From Paraspadella gotoi (Eukaryota > Animalia > Chaetognatha), in NCBI GenBank assembly GCA_051294375.1, contig JBJCIZ010000415.1:11176-37084 (forward strand): 25,909 nucleotides of DNA. The letters are read 5' to 3'. A program made the translations under genes and the position numbers. The notes under the pieces are model-generated. The model saw only the letters and a program-made list of their open reading frames with translations, did no database searches and was not told the DNA's origin. Below, one piece after another: positions 22,411 to 25,909 of this stretch. Positions within the stretch are counted from its first letter, which is position 1; every line of letters starts with the position of its first letter.

Positions 22411-22811
22411 TTTTGTTTTATTTAATTATTGAGTCAATCGATTAATTAGTTATAAGGTGTAATGGTCTCTTCGGCCGATTATCGTGGTCTTGCCTTGTTT
22501 CACTTTTTATGCTCTATCAGAATCCACAAAAAAACTTTTAAGAGCATTAATAAATAATTAATGCGTGCCTAGGAGATACTTGCTGCCATCCCCCCCAGAT
22601 AAAGTATGTAAATATGATGTTTGGGCCGTGAGTTATATCTAAATGCATCTATAATCGTAAAACCTACTGATTATCGCAAAATTAAAATTGACGATATAAT
22701 TGACACTATCGCTTGTTAATTTTAAGTTAAGGTTAAAATACGAAAACCATTGTAGGGATGATAAACTGATGAAATTTTTTTGATGATAACTTTTTGCCGT
22801 TGGAATAATAG

Positions 22812-22886
22812 CGAAGAGACAGTAATGATTGTTGTGTGTTAGTGACAGAACCATTCAATACAAGCAGTCCCTAAGCTTCGGATCCG
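22812..22886 (-). mobile_element. 3'-end fragment of the TRIM LTR
   Basis: gaagagacagtaat...gttagtgacagaaccattcaatacaagcagtccctaagcttcggatc matches 11952-12024. Confidence 0.85.
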
Positions 22887-23294
22887 GTATCCTCCGGTTT
22901 TGAGTTTGAAGCTAAATATAACCTCTGCCAGTGAACTCCTCAAATCACAATAAATTTATAAGAAAATAACTACAAAATTTTTGTTATTAGTATTATTATT
23001 ATTCTGATTTCAGATAAAGACAAAGTCTTTTTACAACAACAAAGTTTTAATAACGGGCATGTATCGGCTATGTACAAGCCTTTATAACATTGAGAGAGAG
23101 AGAGAGAAGGAAAGTTGCCAACAAAGATGTGAGACAGGACAGTGGTGAAATTGTGAGGAGTATAAAATAAAACAACAAAAAAGAAACACAATGTATACTT
23201 TTTATTGAATAAATGAATTTTGTCATATACTTTTTTCCTAGATAGTATTATTTATTATTTATTTATTATTGGCACCATCTTCTCTTCTATTCAG

Positions 23295-23483
23295 GTGGAT
23301 GTGGCTTTGGCGCCGACTTTCACGATGTCGTAACGTGTTTCTTTCTGGCCTTAGCTTCCAACCGCACCCTCATCTTAGAAACAGATCATTACAGATACAA
23401 TAAAGAAAAAGGATTTAACGACATCTTCGCTCCCATCTCCCGCACCTGCCAGCTGTCCAATGCGCGCCGCGCCACTAAACCAG
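23295..23483 (+). CDS. FUT8: Alpha-(1,6)-fucosyltransferase (GT23, FUT8-like) internal exon, absent from the ORF track
   Basis: Acceptor cttctattcag, 189 nt, phase 1/1. Encodes GCGFGADFHDVVTCFFLALASNRTLILETDHYRYNKEKGFNDIFAPISRTC, against recalled human FUT8 [50 protein letters not shown]. The donor CAG|GTGGAA is weak. Confidence 0.88.
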
Positions 23484-25453
23484 GTGGAACCTTATAGAAT
23501 GTTTTAATTTTCGATAACCGTTAATTTTTCAGGAAATTCGCTTAACCATTAAAACTAAAATTTTTAACGGTTAACCGTTAAAATCGGTTAATTTTATAAT
23601 TTAACTTTAAATTTAAAATACTAATATTCAAAACAAACTAAAGTATTTAATGGTAATTTTCTCTTTAACTCGGGCTCCTGAATCTTCTTTATCTTCTATT
23701 TCAGATAGATGAGGTACTCATTATAGTTAGTTTGCTAAAACCAATCTTTTTTTTACTATCTTGAAATTACCCATGAGCTTATCAACTAATCAAATAATGC
23801 ATCATGATAAATCTTGTATACAAGTTTTTTCTTTTGCCTTAAGCATAATACAAATTTAAAAAAGTCAAAGAAAGAAAAAGCACAATGTAATTCTAATTTT
23901 ATATTATGTTTTCTCGTTCTCTCTTTCTTTTTCTCTCTTTCGCTTTCTCTTTTTTTTTCTCTATTTCTCTTCCTCATTATTTTTTTAGTTGTTAGTCTTC
24001 CATAAACCATGATCATAATTATAAATATAAAATATGAATATTAGTTTATTGATTGAATGGTTTATTGATTGAGCTCCTACCACAGCACCTAAAAGAATCA
24101 CAGCTGCTCTTCACAAACGCTTCTGAAAGATTGAGCCACAGCTCGGAGACGGTTTACCCTATGCCATTGATATTTTGGTTGAAAGTCATATGGGTCACCC
24201 TCTTTAAAACGCCCTACTTAGTACTTAGCAGTTTAGGGGAATTTGAAGGGGATATTATCAGGCCGGAAAATCATTTGGTCAAAAATGAAAATGTTGCTGC
24301 AGCTGAAATCTTTATTTTTTTTCAGCTGTATACAACAAGGCCCTTTGTTACAGCCATGCATAATAACCCCAAGGGTATTAGCTCTTTATACATGTCAAGA
24401 AATGGAATCTCAGAACAATATAATAGACTGCAGCATTGGATTTTTACCCAGTAGCAAAAAAATAAGGAAGTATTTAAATTTCATGTGATGCTGCAGTAGA
24501 TTACATTGAGCGATTTACTTGATATTTTATACAGAGAGTCTCAAGTACATCAGTTGTTGATTTCATAAGCTCAGAAAGATGGCACTATACCATAGTAGCC
24601 ACTACAGTGTGAACTTAAGAAGAAAAAAAATTTTTACAGCATCTTAAAATTGCTTTTATTAATTACGGTTAAAATAGGTTTTGTTAAACTGCAGCAGTTT
24701 AATGAACATAGGATAGTAAAGATAAGATGTCCTAGTAAATATTTCTAAATGGAGTTCTGCATTTACACTCTTTAGAATTTTCCTTTCAGCATAGAAATGA
24801 GATACTAGCATGTATATTGTTGGTTTTGAGTATTCAACAATTGCTACCTGCAGCAACCTTATAAATGGCCCTAATCGACTAGGGCTTGAGCGCACGTTTT
24901 CCCGACTTAGAATAGTAGTTATTCCTATTCTTAATAGCCTTCTTAATAATATAACATACTAATAGGGAACATTAACATAATTAGTAGTATATATATATTT
25001 ATATCAGAAAGAGAAAACAACAGTGATTATTTTAATGTATTATAAAAAGACATTTGATAACTTTTTTCCTATAAAATCTGATGGTAAATACTATTCTAAG
25101 TTTCGATTCACTACCCTGTAGTATATATATTATATACAAAAGCAATAGAGATACGGTTATATGGATTTTTTTCCTTCTTTTTTCTCTCTTCTCAGGTGCC
25201 CTCCCGGGCCCCCCCATGTGCCCAGGCCCCACTATAAGAGCTTATTAGGGTAGATGACAGACTGAAGAAGACGTATATCGTATCTACATTTATTCAGGAA
25301 AAGTCCCTGGCCGGAATAGTATTAAGAAAAAAAGGAAGTTAGTAGAACTTGAGGCTCGCGAAGACTGCACTAAAAAAGGGATGGCTCCTCGGGAGAGGAG
25401 TGGTCAATCTTTCAGACATGACTCTCCAGGGTCGGCGAGAGGGGGGGACACCT

Positions 25454-25870
25454 CGTTCTGGCTCGATAGCCGAGGCCTCTGTAGATATTTTCCGTCATCC
25501 CCCTACAAGCTCTTATTAGTGTAGCCCGTTCTGCTTCAGATAGCGACGGTCTGGATATTTTCCGTCATCTCGCGGCCTACGTCAAGCCTCTTTTAGGTAG
25601 TCATTCTGGCTCTGATAGCGAGGCCCTGCTGGATATTTCGTCCATCCACCCTACTAAGCTCTGGTATAGTGTAGTCGTTTCTGGCTCGGATAGCTGAGGC
25701 CCTGTGATATTTTCCGTCCATCCAACCTGACTAAGACTCTGTACTAGTGTAGTCGTTCTGGCTTGACTAGCGAGGCCGGCTGATGATATTTCGATCATGC
25801 CGACCCCTACTTAAGCTCCTTATAGTGTAGCCGTGTCTGCTGCGGATAACAAGGCCCTGTAATATGTTTT
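25454..25870. repeat. Minisatellite, ~72-78 bp unit, ~5.5 copies
   Basis: Unit approximately cgttctggctcgatagcgaggccctgtgatattttccgtcatccaccctactaagctcttatagtgtagt; an inverted partial copy lies at ~25230-25260. Confidence 0.9.
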
Positions 25871-25909
25871 CGGGTTCGCAGTGTCCTGCAGTGCGCTCCT
25901 CTTCCCATC

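Noticed and set aside
23510-23592. Clustered TAACCG/CGGTTA motifs as a MITE
   Set aside because: They resemble hAT subterminal repeats, but no TIR pair or TSD could be defined.
24053-24454. 133 aa ORF as the next FUT8 exon
   Set aside because: No similarity to the expected downstream FUT8 sequence (P.YLP...HGDP..WW). The acceptors at 23703 and 25195 hit stops in the required phase.
25454-25870. CRISPR array
   Set aside because: Whole units repeat with no unique spacers, the context is eukaryotic, and there are no cas genes.

Overview
This is AT-rich eukaryotic (animal-like) genomic DNA from a draft assembly, with three 25-N gaps and several stretches that look like uncorrected long-read sequence. 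The window appears to hold the 5' part of a + strand alpha-1,6-fucosyltransferase (FUT8/GT23)-like gene. A type II membrane-anchor exon lies at ~632-969, a noisy probable second exon at ~19156-19490, and a clearly recognisable catalytic-domain exon at 23295-23483. Its introns are filled with nested transposons. Two decayed Ty3/Gypsy elements lie on the - strand. The first is interrupted by a 2.1 kb foldback element with ~900 bp arms and an 8-bp TSD, and by a 1.36 kb non-autonomous TIR element. The most unusual element is a non-coding miniature LTR retrotransposon (TRIM) whose ~236 bp LTR carries a tRNA-like Pol III module, resembling Helenus or a tRNA analogue of Cassandra. It is present as a solo LTR, a gap-truncated copy, a complete LTR-PBS-PPT-LTR copy with a 4-bp TSD, and a fragment. 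A second repeat family carries degenerate minimal hammerhead-ribozyme motifs of the Penelope-like type. Most ORFs in the track are spurious or frameshifted retrotransposon fragments. All alignments were made by eye.
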